The notes beneath the pieces were generated by a model that was given only the letters and a program-made list of their open reading frames with translations, did no database searches and was not told the DNA's origin. A DNA stretch of 64,000 nt from the NCBI GenBank assembly GCA_038087875.1, contig JAXLNO010000342.1, positions 62,001 through 126,000 of the forward strand, given 5' to 3'. The translations under genes and the position numbers were made by a program. The stretch's first letter is position 1. The number at the start of each line of letters is the position of its first letter. This document shows positions 21,346-34,816 of this stretch, in pieces. The DNA is from Malacoraja senta. Its lineage: Eukaryota.

Positions 21346-22509
21346 TTGATCATACACTAAATAATCCAACCACATTTTTGTTTGGAAGTGGAAAGAAATA
21401 ATAGAAATTGCATTCATTGCAACGTGTAAAAAGAGTTAAGATACAGTATTATAATTTTGCTGCATGTCATTGTGGTATATATCATGTCATGATTGGTGAA
21501 TATGTTTAGTTTGTGGCTTTATTTGAAGCAGAAATAATATGTGAATGCTTCATTGAGCATAATTCTGACTGGTAACTACGTACTTCGGCCAAGCACATTA
21601 TCGCACGCGCCATGCAAGCCGTCTTAAATAACCACCTAAACTGTCATTTGGCAACTTAAAAAGCTGCCAAGGTTGCCCGGCTGACAACAGAGAAAAGAAA
21701 TTAAGTGAGAGCCCCGCAAGGTGTATAATATTTTTGGCACTGCCATAGGCCTTTCTTACATATGCTGTCACAATGCACTGTAGTCTCTAAACAACCCTTC
21801 AGTAATTTTCCTTGCCTTCCATTTCAGAATAATAGTGTTTTAAGCCTATAACTCGACACAAGCACAGGCAATAAATAAATAAATAAATAAATAAAGCCCA
21901 GCTTTCCAGCCCCTTATCTCATTGGCCACGCCCGGCTGCAAATTGGTGTCAATCTGGTAGACCATCTTCCTCTGGTCGTGGGGGTGGGGGATTGGGGGGG
22001 CCTTACAAGTGGAACAGCTTAGGGCCTCTCTTCATCTAAATCCGGCCCTGCTGGTAGGTTTCAATGAGATTCCCACCTCATCCTTCTAAATCCCACGAGC
22101 ACAGGCACAGAGACTTCCAACACTCCTCATACGTTAAATCAATCATCCCCAGGACACACTTCCTCTGGACCCTCTCCAAAGCCAGCACATCCTTTCTAAT
22201 ATGGAGCCCAAAACTGCTCACAATATTCCAAATGTGTCCTCACCAGTGCCCGATAAATCCTCAGCATTATATCATTGTTTTTATATCCTAGGCCCCCCGA
22301 AATGAATGCTGGCATTGCATTTGCCTTACTTACCACTGACTCAATCTGCAAATTAACTATTTGGGAATCCTGCAATAGTACTCCCACTTTGTAGCTCAGA
22401 TTTCTGAATTCTCTCCCCATTTAGTAAATAGTCTACGTCTTTATTCCGACTGCCAAAATGTAAAACCAGACACTTGCTACACTGTATTCCATTTGGCTCT
22501 GCTTTGCCC

Positions 22510-23166
22510 ACTCGGTGGAACTGCTGCCTTACAGCGCCAGAGACCCGGTTCAATTCTGACTACGGGTCCCGTCTGTACAGAGTTTTGTACCTTCACCCCG
22601 GGACTTGCGTGGGTTTTGCCTGGATCTCCGGTTTCTTCCCTCAGTCGAAAGACATACAGGTCTGTAGGTTAATTGGCTTGGTATAATTGTAAATTGTCCC
22701 CTAATAAGTAAGATAATGTAAGTGTGCAGGGATCGCTGGTTGACGCACTCGATGGGCTGAAGGGCCTGTTTCTGCGCTGTATCACTTAAACTAAAACCAC
22801 ATTCCATTGATTATCAATAATTCTGGTCAATTAGATAACCACAAATTAATAATGGGTGGCACAGTGGCGTAGCGGTAGAGCTGCTGCCTTACTGCACCAG
22901 AGACCTGGGTTAGATCCTGACTACAGGCGCTGTCTGCAAGGACATTGTACGTTCTCCCTGTGGCTGCGTGGGTTTTCTCCGGGTGCTTCGGTTTCCTCCC
23001 ACACCTACAAAGACATACAGGCTTGTAGGTTACTTGGCTTAGGTAAAATTGTAAATTGTCCCCAGTGTGTTGGATAGTGTAAATGTACAGGATGATCACT
23101 GTTCAGCGAGGACTCAGTGAGCTGAGGGGCCTGTATCTGCACCATATCTCTAAAGTCTAAAGTCTA
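22510..23166 (+). mobile_element. Two tandem HE1/V-SINE-type tRNA-derived SINEs
   Basis: A/B-box-like head (TGGCGTAGCGGTAG...GGGTTAGATCC), V-domain-like core (TTCTCCCTGTGGCTGCGTGGGTTTTCTCCGGGTGCTTCGGTTTCCTCCCAC), (CTAAA/CTAAAGT)n tails. Similar copies lie near 13550, 28350, 35960, 36300(-), 44250(-), 45290, 45680 and 61100(-). Confidence 0.85.
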
Positions 23167-23260
23167 AATCCACAGCTTAGTTAAGAGTGCGTTGAGGCTG
23201 TTATCTCAGTCCAGGAGGTGTATTGTCTCAAGTGATCAGACTCAGTGACTTGCCACTTAC

Positions 23261-23533
23261 CCTGTGGAACATTGACTCCCTGCAGCAGAGTTGCATATTC
23301 GATGTAACAGGAGAATTTTGCCACATCTTCTCTACTCAGTTGAATTGTATTCTTCAGCTGGTAAGTCCCGTCCCAATTGGGCAACAGATCACTGGATTCA
23401 GACTCGTGGACCCCCTCACCATCTCTCAGCCACGTTACATCGATGGCCCGTGGGTAGAAGCCTGTGACAAGGCAGGAGAGTCTCAGTGATTGCGACCGAT
23501 CACGTTTAATCCCAATAAACATCTCAGAGGTTT
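23261..23533 (-). CDS. Ig C1-set exon, MHC class I alpha3-like (module B)
   Basis: 273 bp, phase 1-1, CTTGCAG acceptor and GTAAGT donor; LSCLVTGFYPRAIDVTWLRDG...PNWDGTYQL...FSCYIEY. Confidence 0.88.
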
Positions 23534-24513
23534 CTGCAAGTGTAAGAAACGTCAGAATCAGTGAAGACATGAACAAAAGCCTTCAATTGTAAGATCACTG
23601 CAACTCGCCTCTTTCCCAATCAGTTTTTTCTCTGGCTGAACTAAGTTTTCAGCCTAGACCCAAAATGCTGGAATAACTCAGCAGGTCAGGCAGCATCTCT
23701 GGAGAGAAGGAATGCCCAGAGATGCTACCTGACCCACTGAGTTACTCCAACATCTTCTATCTTCGGTGTAAACCATCATCTGCAGTTCTATCTTGCACAA
23801 AGTTTACAGCCTTTTCTCTTTTCATTTTGCATTTCTGGCAAAACAACAAAACATTTAGTTTTAATATCACTGACATGCTCCTTATCTTAGCTCCAGACTT
23901 TAACTGACAGTGCAGATGAAAGGGGAATGCAGGGCTCAATGGAGGAGTATAACTCACCATTGGGATTGATACTGTAGACATGATTGCTTCTACTTGTTCA
24001 TCAATCTCTGCTGAATAATAACACCAAATATTCCAAGAGGGAATGGGAGGAAGAAGTTCTTAAAATAGAGAACTGTTGGAAATTGGATGTCACCATCCTA
24101 AGGAGTAATAGTAAGATTAAATGAGAACTTACCAGTTTGAAGTTTGATCTTTATTTTATGAGGAGTTACGACGAGGGATTACGTGAAGAAGACCCCGTCC
24201 AGCCGCATGCGCGTCAATCTTCAAAGCAGCGGTGTGAAATCACAGGTAATAGTAATTGAAGTATAATAGTAAGATTAGAGAAGACTAGAACTACCAGACG
24301 ACCTTTATGAGGGTTGGGAGTGGAGGGCACGTAATCCCTCATCGTAACTCCTCATAAAATAAAGATCAAACTGGTAAGTTCTCTTTTAATCTTACTATTT
24401 TACTTCGGAGTCACGTGAGTGATTATGTGAAGATTTCAAAGCTCTGTGATTTCATGCCGCAGATTCAAATCCAGGCGTCTCACTGCATCGATTGACTCAG
24501 AATGAGTAAATAA

Positions 24514-25590
24514 TCAATAATGCATCAAACCATAACATTGCTTTAAACGCATTAATGGTTTATTTTGTAAAGAAACAATAGCAACCCCTTCTATCCCAGG
24601 GGGAAACCATAAAACTGAACTCAAAACAGAATGGGCAAATACCACCAGTTTGGCAATTGGTTTATGATAAAACTTTTGGAACATCAATTCACTGGACCAT
24701 CCTGCGGCCGTGAGAATATGGTCTATAGGGACGTCCATTGCCCTGGCCGCTGAAGTTGATGCCGCCCTGATGGAATGAGATTTAAAATTGTCGGTGTCAA
24801 TCCCAGCATAAAGCAGAACCTGCTTTAGCCACCTTGAAATAGTCTGAGCTGACACCTTTCTATGCGATTTTCTGTGGCTAATAAACAATGCTGATTCCGC
24901 ACCTCTTAGGGTTCTGGTAGCCTCGATGTAATATAACAAACATGACACCACACACAGGCGGGAATCTGTAGGGTATGCCGAAAAAGTAATCTTACACCCT
25001 GTCGCCCCTAGTCTACTCTGCTTGAGCAAATTATAGATGTAAAAAATGACGGTATCTGCTGACACTTCCATCCTGTCTAGTCGCAGCTTCTGTAATGTCT
25101 GCACACATTGGGCTGAAACCAACACCATAAGCATGACTACCTTCATGGTGACTTTGGCCAAAGACAGGGCTGTGACAGGAGTCTACTGACGAAGGAGCAT
25201 AAGAACTTTGCTTACATTCCAGATTACCGAAAACCTGGGCCTGGGAGGATTGGAATTAAAAATTCCTTTCATAAATCTAGAAACTAGAGGGTGTGTCCCC
25301 ACAGAATATAGTTCTGATCCCATGGATAAGTATGAAGACAGAGCACTTCTGGCTGTATTGATCGCACTATAGCTTAACTTATGATCGAAATAGAGCATTG
25401 ACAAGAATTCCAGCACGTCTGGGATGCCTGCAGTTTGATATGAAATATTCTGCCGTAAGCAGAACACCTCCCACTTTTTTATCAAAGAGATGTACTGCTT
25501 TTGGGTAATATCCCTCCAGGCCGCAGTGATAACATCCACGGTGCGATCGGATAGTCCTCTCCCCAGGTATGGCCTTCTTAGAATCTGCAA
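24514..25590 (-). pseudogene. DIRS tyrosine recombinase, frameshifted near 25180
   Basis: ORF 25183-25590 (N-terminal part) and ORF 24514-25161 (catalytic part). Confidence 0.85.
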
Positions 25591-27827
25591 ATTAATAGAT
25601 CAATACGATCATGTAAAGGATGTTGATCGTCAGTTACCGGGTGCACCAGTAGGTTTCTATGTTTGGGAACAATCATATGAGGCTGTGTAGTCATCTGTAA
25701 AACGAGAGGGAACCATGGATGAGTAGGCGAGTCGGGTACCACCGATACTCGTGAGGCGGAGACCTGCTTGATTTTTTGCAGATGCCGACTCATGAGGCAG
25801 AATGGAGGAAATGCATATAAAAACATTCCACCCCAATGCAGCGAGAATGCATCTACTGCTGCTGCCCCAGGAACTGGTTCCAATGAAACATATTTAGGCA
25901 ACTGGTGGTTTAGTCTGGATGCAAACAAATCGATATTTGGCATCCCAAACTGAGCAGCAACATCTTTAACTATGTCATGACTCAACATCCATTCTGTGTT
26001 GTCATTGAATTGGTGTGACCTAGTGTCTGCCACTATGTTGAATCTACCTGGTAAGTAGATTGCTGAAAGCCAAATGTCTTTGGGAATACACCAGCTCCAG
26101 ATCTGATTAGCCAATCTATCACAAGATTCTGACCTGACTCGACCCATATGATTAACATACGCCACTGCTGTAGTGTTGTCAATTTGAACCTGCACATGCA
26201 AATGACTCTTGGTAGGGCAATAAGCTTTAAGCCCATAAAACGTTCCCAAAAGCTCTAAATAATTGATCCCTCGTAATTGCAGAAGGGATGCCTCTTCCCT
26301 ATTCCATCTGCCTCCACAGCTGGAAAAAGTATCAGTAGCATCCCAACCTAGAGCACTAACATCAGTCTGTAAAACTATGGAAGGTGGTTCAACCAAAATG
26401 TTCCTGGAACTACTTGAGACATTCATGATCCACCATTGTATTTCAGCAATGGCTTCAGCTGGTAATTCCATGGACCTATCAAATTGACCTGAATGTGTCC
26501 TCAGTGCCTGTTCTTTTGCTCATTGTAATTGTTGATAATGCAGAGGTCCAAACTGCACAGCTGGAAAAGCAGCCACTAATTTACCAATCAAGCTCGCCAC
26601 CTGTCTGATTGAAGGTCGTTGTTCAGCAATGAGCTTGATACCACCTTCAATTAACTGCAGCCTTTTATCCCTGGGCTGTCACCAACATGTGATCTGAGTT
26701 AATAGTGAAGCCCAAGTAATGAATAACGTTGACTGGTGTTAATTTGGATTAACTGGATGATTTGATGAACCCCAATTTCTCAAAAGTGAGTATAACAATG
26801 GAAACGGATGATTCAGCTGCGTCCCGAGTCTTTCCTACAATTATCGTCCAAATAGGCCATTATGATATGACCCCGAGCTCGAAGTAGCCTCAGAACTGGT
26901 TTTAACAATTTGGTAAACAATCTAGGAGCTGAGGTTAATCCATTAGGCAGTGCTTTGAATTGCCATAATTGACTCATCCAGCTAAACTTCAAATATCTCC
27001 TATTATTGCAATGAACAGACACTGAGTAATATGCATCTTTAAGATCTATGCTTGCCATATAACCCTTTGGAAATCAGCTGTTTAGCAGTAGGGAAAGTTT
27101 CCATTTTGAAATGTCTATACTGTACAAAAGGATTAAGGCTCGTCAGGTCCAGGATGATTCTACATCCTCCATCCTTTTTAGTCCTAGGAAATATATTGGA
27201 CACAAACTGGTGGGGTTGACGAACCCCAATCACCTCATTCTCAATCACCCCTTTATTGCATAATTCCTCAAGTTCTGCCTTTATCTCCATATTCTCTTCG
27301 TGTGAGAAAATGAGTGTCCGGCTTGGAACATGCTGAGTGGGTGGACACAAATTAGGATAGAATTCAATTTGAAACCCTTCAATACTGCACAGCACAAACG
27401 GATCTGATGTTATCTCCTGCCATTCTTTTAGAAACAAGTGTAACCTACCCCCAACTTGTAAATATTTCCCAATTGAAATGTTTCTATCAGGAGCAAAACC
27501 ACCTACTTGCATGGTTATTGGTGGAACTTGTTGCCCCCGGTTCCTCATGGGAAAATTCATGTTTGCCCGTGTGCCTGTAGCAGGGCGCCAGCTGCGCATA
27601 TTCGGGAATGAACGGCTCGTTCCTTCACCAGCCCCAGTCATTGCACCCCGTCGGTAGGGGAACTGCCTCCGAACCATTTTGCTGCCCATCAGCGCTTTGA
27701 TTAACCCCACTGTTTTAGCCTCATCATCGAGCTTAGCGAGGTCCTCCCCAAACAGCAGATTTGGCAGTTGAACATTGCTGGGCTTGCACTGCGCTGCAAA
27801 TTTAGGGTGAATTCGGGCGTGTGGCAC
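25578..27827 (-). pseudogene. DIRS gag C-terminus / RT / RNase H / methyltransferase-like region, interrupted
   Basis: ORFs 27039-27827, 26813-27058 and 25578-26471 in different frames. Confidence 0.85.
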
Positions 27828-30604
27828 TTTTTCCTCAAACAGTTCACTTCAAAATGTGCACTGCACAGAAGACCTAAGACCTTTGCGGAGGTGAATCCTC
27901 CTGGCCCGTCAATGGGTCTAGCAGACTTAGAAGTAGCCTTACGCCCCAACGGCACGGTGACGGTGCTCACAGGCAACGTGTCTGCAGTCGCTAACCCCCC
28001 TGCTAATGATGGTACAGGTGAACTAGATGGGCACCCGCTACCCGCACTCCCGCGGTCTTCCAAGCTTTTAGCAGCGGGTCGCCTCGCCTTCACCTTAGAA
28101 GCTTTCTGCATGTTGATCTCGCTCTGAAAAACAAGCGTTTCCACCAAAAAGCAACCTCCAACTAAGTTGAGCACTTACCCCGAGGTTTTAAACTTACCGC
28201 TGGAGAAGCGCTGCACCATGCGTCTGACGTAATGACGCGCACGCGGCTGGACGGGGTCTTCTTCACGTAGTCACTCACGTGACTCCGAAGTAAAATCCTT
28301 GATTTAAATCAGAAAATACAAACAAAATTCGCAGCAGTCGAACGGATGCCTCGCAGCATCAGAGACCCGGGTTTGATCCCGACTACGAACGTCGTACGTG
28401 GGTTTTCTCCGGGCGCTGGTCTCCACCCACATTCCAAACTCGCGCAGGTTTATCGGTTAATTGCCCCCTGTAAATTGCCCCTAGTATGATGTGTAAGGTG
28501 CCAAAGTGGGATTGAGTCATCGAATCACACTGCGTTGAAACGGGCTTTTCGGCACAGCATGCCCCATCTACATTAGTCCCAACTCCCCACGCTTGGCTCA
28601 TAACCCTCTAAACCTATCCTATGCATGTACCTGTCCATTGTCTGTTTATTGTTATGATAGTACCTGTCTCAATCTCCTCCTCTGGCAGCTCGTTCCATAT
28701 ACCCACCACTCTTTGTGTAAAAATGTTACCTCCCAGGTTCCTATTAAATCTCCCCACTCACCCCCTCTCACCGTAAACCTATACCCTCTGGTTCTCGAGT
28801 CCCCTATTGTGGGCAAAAAACTCATGCGCATTTACCTGATTGATTGATCTCATAATTTTGTAAACCTCTTTCAGATCACCCCATCCTCCTGCACTCTAAG
28901 GAATGAAATCAGAGCCTTCTCAACCTCACCCTCCCTGAACATACACTCACTGACTTGCAGAACAGTTCAGCATAGGAACAGACCCTTGGGCCCACACCTT
29001 CTGTTCTGAACGTGATGCCAAGTTGAACTAATCTCCTCCACCAACACATGTTCCATATCCATCCTTTCCCTGCATATCTATGCCTTTCTAAAGACTTCAA
29101 ATGCCACTATCAAGTCTCCTTGTAAATCTACTCTGGACTCTTTCCAGCTGGTGTGTTAAAAACAAAGTGCATGAAGAATTCAGTGTGTCAGGCAGCATCT
29201 GTGGTGGGAATCGACTGACAACGTTTTGAAGTCACCAGTCTGACCAAGAGTTCCAGCCTGAAATTGGTCGTTGGTTCATTCCATCCCACAGATGTTGCCT
29301 GACCCACTGTGTTCCTCCAACAGTTTTGCTCAACGATCCAACATCTGCAGTTTCTAGTATCCCCAGAAATCTGTTAACTGTTACCATTCATTTGCCCTAT
29401 TTTATTACATTTTGTATTACATTTCTGTTAAATTATGTTGCAGTCTTGGAAATGTTTTCACCTCAGCTGCAAACCTGCGTTCCTAGTGCACATTTCTACA
29501 TTAATCATGCTAAATTATGATCATTGCCACCAAAGCACCTCATCACTACCACTACAATACTACTCCCATCTTGCTGCCAAGCAATACCCACCATTTTCTA
29601 TACAGTCGCCTTAATACTATTTCTTAAATGAATTTGAGAACCTCTGCACTCTGCTTCAGTGACAGGTAATATTAAGTGTAAATTCACAACTATTTATTGT
29701 TCTGGGGTGGGTTATTTTGCACCATATAAACAGGCCAAAATATTTCTCCTTCCGTAACCCTAAGTTTATTTGATATACAATGATAAATACAAATCAATGG
29801 ATCATTTAAATGTTTACTGTGCTGATGGGGACCATTCATCCTATCAGGCCAATGCCACCTCTCTACTGGAGAAAATCACTTGTTCAACCCCAGCCCTTCG
29901 ACTGTAGTTTTGCATGTTTTTGCTCACAATTAGTTTATCCAATTCTCTCTTTGTAATGAAACATAAATAGGATTCGGATCAATGAACGGAGAAAGAAAAT
30001 TGCAGGGGTACAAATTACTATCTTTATTACATCAAATTACAAGACAAAGCATTAAAAAAGCAACGAATCTCATGGTTTTCAGCTCAATGTGTTAAATGAT
30101 AGAAGCCGTAGCAAATACCATCAAGTCTCACAGTCTTCTGCCCATTGGAGACTCCTTTTTATGATGGCTGGTATAGAGATGTTGCGGGCCCAGCCACTGT
30201 CCTTCAAAGGTTCTGCATTAAATCAAGCACCGAGCTATTCTTGCATGTCTCGGAGAAAAGAAAGGTTTAACTTATCCTTTAGCTACACTAAATATCCTTG
30301 TAGGCTGCTCCATAATTTCCCAGTTATTCTAAGTGAGCCCTCAATCATCTAATTGTTTCCCAAAGCCAGCCTACTTGCTTACCATAAAGTGCTGTTAGCA
30401 GAAAATTTAATCTTAGGTGAAAACCCCGTTTACCTTTTCCAGTGCATTAAGGGCATAATGAACCCAACTACACAACACCTACATGCCATACACTTGAAAT
30501 TCCAAACGCACGTTGCATAGAATTCCTTGTCCGCTCTCAAACCCTCCAGCAAATTGAGCAGCCTCCCTATCCATTCTTCCATTCAAAGATTGATAATTTT
30601 CCAG

Positions 30605-31130
30605 AGCTCGTAAGAGGGAGCACATAACGCCTATTCTGGCCTCCCTCCACTGGCTGCCTGTGTACTTTAGAGTTCATTTTAAGATTCTTTTATTTGTTTT
30701 TAAATCTTTAAATGGTCTCGCCCCGCCTTACCTCTCTGAGCTGCTTCATCCCTACGCTCCTGCTCGGTGCCTCAGGTCAGCTGATCAGCTGCTCCTGGAG
30801 GTACCGAGGTCTAAGCGGAAGCTCAGAGGGGATAGAACCTTCTCTGTTGCTGCTCCAACATTATGGAACACTCTACCTTTGCACATTAGACAGGCCCCTT
30901 CACTGTCCATTTTCAAAACTAGTCTTAAAACCTTTTTCTATTCCTTGGCTTTTGACCCTGCATGAGACTTTGCTCCTGTTTTAGTGTTTCTATTGTTTTT
31001 TATTGTTTTTACTGTCTAATGTTTTTATTGTTTTGTTTTATGTTTATGATTAGTCATGTACAGCACTTTGTTGCAACAGTGGTTGTTTTTAAAGTGCTCT
31101 ATAAATAAAGTTCAGTTCAGTTCAGTTCAG
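30605..31130 (+). mobile_element. L2-clade LINE 3' fragment
   Basis: HITPILASLHWLP...FKILL..FK.LNGLAPPYL...RSADQ...FSVAAP.LWN.LP; AATAAA followed by (GTTCA)n tail. Confidence 0.88.
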
Positions 31131-34100
31131 CTCCAAGAACTTAATATGTTCCTCCCTCTGACTCTTGAGATTCCTCCTTATCCCTTTCTAAAGATACATC
31201 ATGTTTTTCTGAGAAATGTGCTTGCCAAGACCATGGCATCTGCAGTTTTAGTCTCCTGATCTTAGGAAGAATGTTCTTGTTATGGAGGGAGTGCTGTGAA
31301 GGTTCATCAGATTTCAGGGATGGGAGGACTAATGTATGAAGGGCGATTTGGGCGATTAGTTTTACATTGTGATTAGAACCATTCAAAATCAACTACAACA
31401 TTCTTATGGGTCTGTACAGATTCAAGAGAGTCAAGAGTGTTTTATTGTCATATGTCCCAGATAGTACAATGAAATTCTTACTCGCTGCAGCACAATGGAA
31501 TATGTAAACATAGTACATGGTAAACAATATGAAAAACGAGAAAGAGAAAAACAAAATCAGTGTGCACATATATATATTTATACACACACACACACACATA
31601 TATGTGTATATATGTACGTATACATATATTCAAGAGGGAAATCCGGTCAGTTCAGGACCCAGTGGTCACAATCTGATGATAAGGCTTCAAGTTGAGATGA
31701 AGAGCGATTACTTCTCGCACAGAATGATGAAGGTGTGGAATGTTACACCACTGGAAGCAGTTGAACACAGATCATTGAATTTATACAAGGAGTTATATGT
31801 TATTTGTATGGTCAAAGGATCAGAGAAATAAAAGGATCAAGGTATACATTTTAGGTCACAATTGATCACATGGAATAATAGTTGAGGCTCAAATGCCTGA
31901 ATTCCTATTACTTTTATATTCTGCATTTCAACATTTTTGTATTTATCGTGGCCACATTTCCTCTGCATCGAAGAACATGATAACTGGGATGCTTAAAAGG
32001 AACCTAGACCCTGGTGCCAATGCCTTTTTGCAGATAAGACAGATGCATACATTGGTTTGGTGTTCACAAAGCGAGGACAAATCAGAAATAATTTTCTGAA
32101 CACGCCATCCATTGCTATTTCAATGTGCTTACCCAAGATACAAAAAAATAATACTATATTAATTTATATTAAAAAATGTTTGGATAAAATAAACAAAACA
32201 CGGTCATCGAATGTCCCTGGGTAAGTCGTTCACACCCTGCCCTCCACCGCTTTGAGAAGTGGCTGAAGGGTGATATTAAAATACATAAAGCTTTTAAATG
32301 AATCACTATGGTGAAAACATTTCCACCATAAAATCCAGCAGGGAATTCTACAGAGAATGCTCCCTCTCCTCCCCTCCCACCCAATACTGGTGAGAATGAG
32401 GATCCAGATCAATGAATTGCATTTAGGGGAAGGCTGGGCAAACACAAAAGAGAAAAGAACAGTCGGTTCTACATTGGAGAATCCAGCACAGACTTGCCAA
32501 CCATGTTGCAGATCGCATAAGGTGGGAAGAGGCTCATGTGGACTATATTCGCCAGTATTGGCAGGATCGGCAGAGTGGCCTGTTCCTACACACTTGTCTC
32601 CTCTACAACCTTGTATTACTTTGACTGCCAATTCATTTTTGATCATTTTGTTCCCATTCATTCTTTAAAAAATACAAAATCAACTTTGACGTAAGATAAC
32701 TGTGATTGATGCTGTTGCAAATAAATGGAGGCCTTACATTTTCTTAACAACAATTTAATTTTGCGCCTTGCATATTATATCTTTCATATTATATCTTGCA
32801 CATTCCATATATCTTGCCTTTACTTGGCAACATGAAGCCACTATAAAACAGGGTGCAATCCAATGTGTTTACTTGGATTTCATGCCAATCTATTTCCAAA
32901 AATCTTATACTCAATGGTCCATTCATCAAGCACATTCTACAGGCAACTATTATTAGGTGAAATCTCAAGAGCAGAACTTGTACCAAATGAGCCACATAAA
33001 ATGAACTTGATCTCTACCACCAGTCACCGTGGATAATTTTATATTCATATGGATGATAAATTCTTTGCATTAGATTAGAAATGTACAAAGTACAAACAAT
33101 CAAGACTTTTGACATCATCAAATAACCAAGTGTTATGTAACAACATTTATTGGTGCTGTGTCTCAGACTAAATGCAGTGTTAAAACAAAATACATTCTAT
33201 CCAATAATGACTGTAGCTAATGGAATCTGCAACTAAAAACAGAAGACTGAAAGCATTCAATGGCTCAAGCAAGTTATTGGGACAAATGGTTGATGTCACA
33301 AATAGGGTCAAGAACCTGCGCCAGGCCTGTTAGGGAAGAGGATGGATTGCCAATATATAGCAATCAGGGAGGTATAGGACAGAGGCTGGTAGATCAAACG
33401 TAGAACCAGGTGGGGAGAGGATAATGGATAGATGGAAACAGGTAGGAGAGGAGGAAGAGGTGAACAACAGGAGAATAAACTGTTCAAATGAGACAGAGGT
33501 TCACTTGCACCTCTTTCAACTTTCTCTACTGCAATCATTGCTCACACTGTGGAGAAACTAGCTTAGATGTCAACCATTTTGTAGAGCACATCCCTTTGAA
33601 GTAAAGATCATCCTGAGATCTGTTGTATCGTATTTAATACCCTTTCCCACTCTCACACTGACCCATCTGTCGTTAACCTTGGGCACAGAAAGTTTTAAGT
33701 AAAATATCTGATAATCCACCTGGGTAACTTACAAGCCGATGGTATGAATATAAAATTTTCACATTTCAGCTTATCCACACCACTGGTGTTCATTTGTTCT
33801 CCCACAACCACCCATACACCAACTTTGCTCCATCTGCCCATCATCCCCTCCCCTGCTGATTCCACCTGCCACTTACCAGTCTCTGCCCCATTCCTCCTTC
33901 AAACTGTTAGAATCTTCCCATCCTCTCCTTCAATTCTAATGCAGTGCCTTGCCTTGAAATGTTGGTATATGTCAGTTGCCTCCACAGATGCTGTTTGACC
34001 AAGTACTTCCACTGGCCTTTCTTTAGTCTAAAATTCTTGTTGGAAATAACCACAAAGTCTTACTCTATCTATAATTGAAACCATTTAATTGGAGCTTAGA

Positions 34101-34186
34101 GAGCTTTCTAAAATCATGAGGGCGATTGATCAGGATTTATTTTACCCAGGGTAGGATAATCAAGAACCAGCAAAAACAGGTTTAAG

Positions 34187-34499
34187 CAGTGTTCAATGCT
34201 AATTTTTTAGGTGTCGGAGCTGTCAAACGGGCATTTCAGATTTTGCTGGCGGGGGGGGCAAGCTAGTCTCCCTAGAGGGTCAAACAAGATTATAGCCTAT
34301 TGCTACATCCCAGTGTATAGCTAGTACATTAAAACATATAATACTTAATTTAATTATGACAAAATATTGCACGGTTGCACTCACTGATTATCATGAAATA
34401 TAATTATGAAGCAAGTAAAGAAAAATACGGTTCTCATGTATTTTTACAGAGGTGCCGGCAAGACACCGACTCGCCCTGACTATCCTGCAGCACTGGGCC

Positions 34500-34533
<34 letters not shown>

Positions 34534-34816
34534 CACCCTCACACCCATTCACTCACCCACCCACCAGAGTTCCAGGCTCAGCTCCAGGCCCACAACCACA
34601 AACGATGCACACATCACATGGTCCGTCTCTGCTGCATCATAGTGTTCCCCTCCTCCTATAGGGAACCTCAGTAGTGATGGATCTTCCCCTTACCCCTCTT
34701 TTAATCAGGTTACCCCGACCACACATCCGCTAGTTAAAATTCCACGCTGTTTATTTTTTCTTTAACAGAGGTGCCGGATCGGTGCTCAGGTGAGCTCCGG
34801 CAGCACTGCACCCCTG
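34187..34816. mobile_element. 630-bp non-autonomous hAT element inserted in a CR1 fragment
   Basis: CAG...CTG ends; 8-bp TSD GGTTTAAG (34179-34186, 34817-34824). Confidence 0.85.

Larger units (their letters stand above)
19086..22050. mobile_element. Non-autonomous hAT element with nested insertions
   Basis: 14-bp TIR CAGGGCCGGATTTA; 8-bp TSD CTGGTAGG (19078-19085, 22051-22058); splits an antisense CR1 fragment. Confidence 0.92.
24107..28296 (-). mobile_element. DIRS1-type tyrosine-recombinase retrotransposon
   Basis: Inverted termini (ACGTGAAGAAGACCCCGTCCAGCCGC at about 24180 on + and about 28240 on -); ICR at about 24325-24435 joining both ends; shared AAT at both ends and no TSD. RT (IDLKDAY, LPNGL, YLDD), RNase H (QTDVS, INYLEL, DNTTAV), DAM-like domain (IDLFAS, YAFPPF) and YR (HSIR, AGW, FQKFY). 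Confidence 0.95.

Noticed and set aside
30378-30600. Possible minus-strand exon ending at GTAAGC or GTAAAC donors (sought as alpha1/alpha2 of module B)
   Set aside because: No phase-1 open frame and no MHC motifs.
33140-33240. Minus-strand acceptor followed by AATAAA (alternative last exon)
   Set aside because: Only generic signals and no recognisable peptide; cannot be distinguished from chance.
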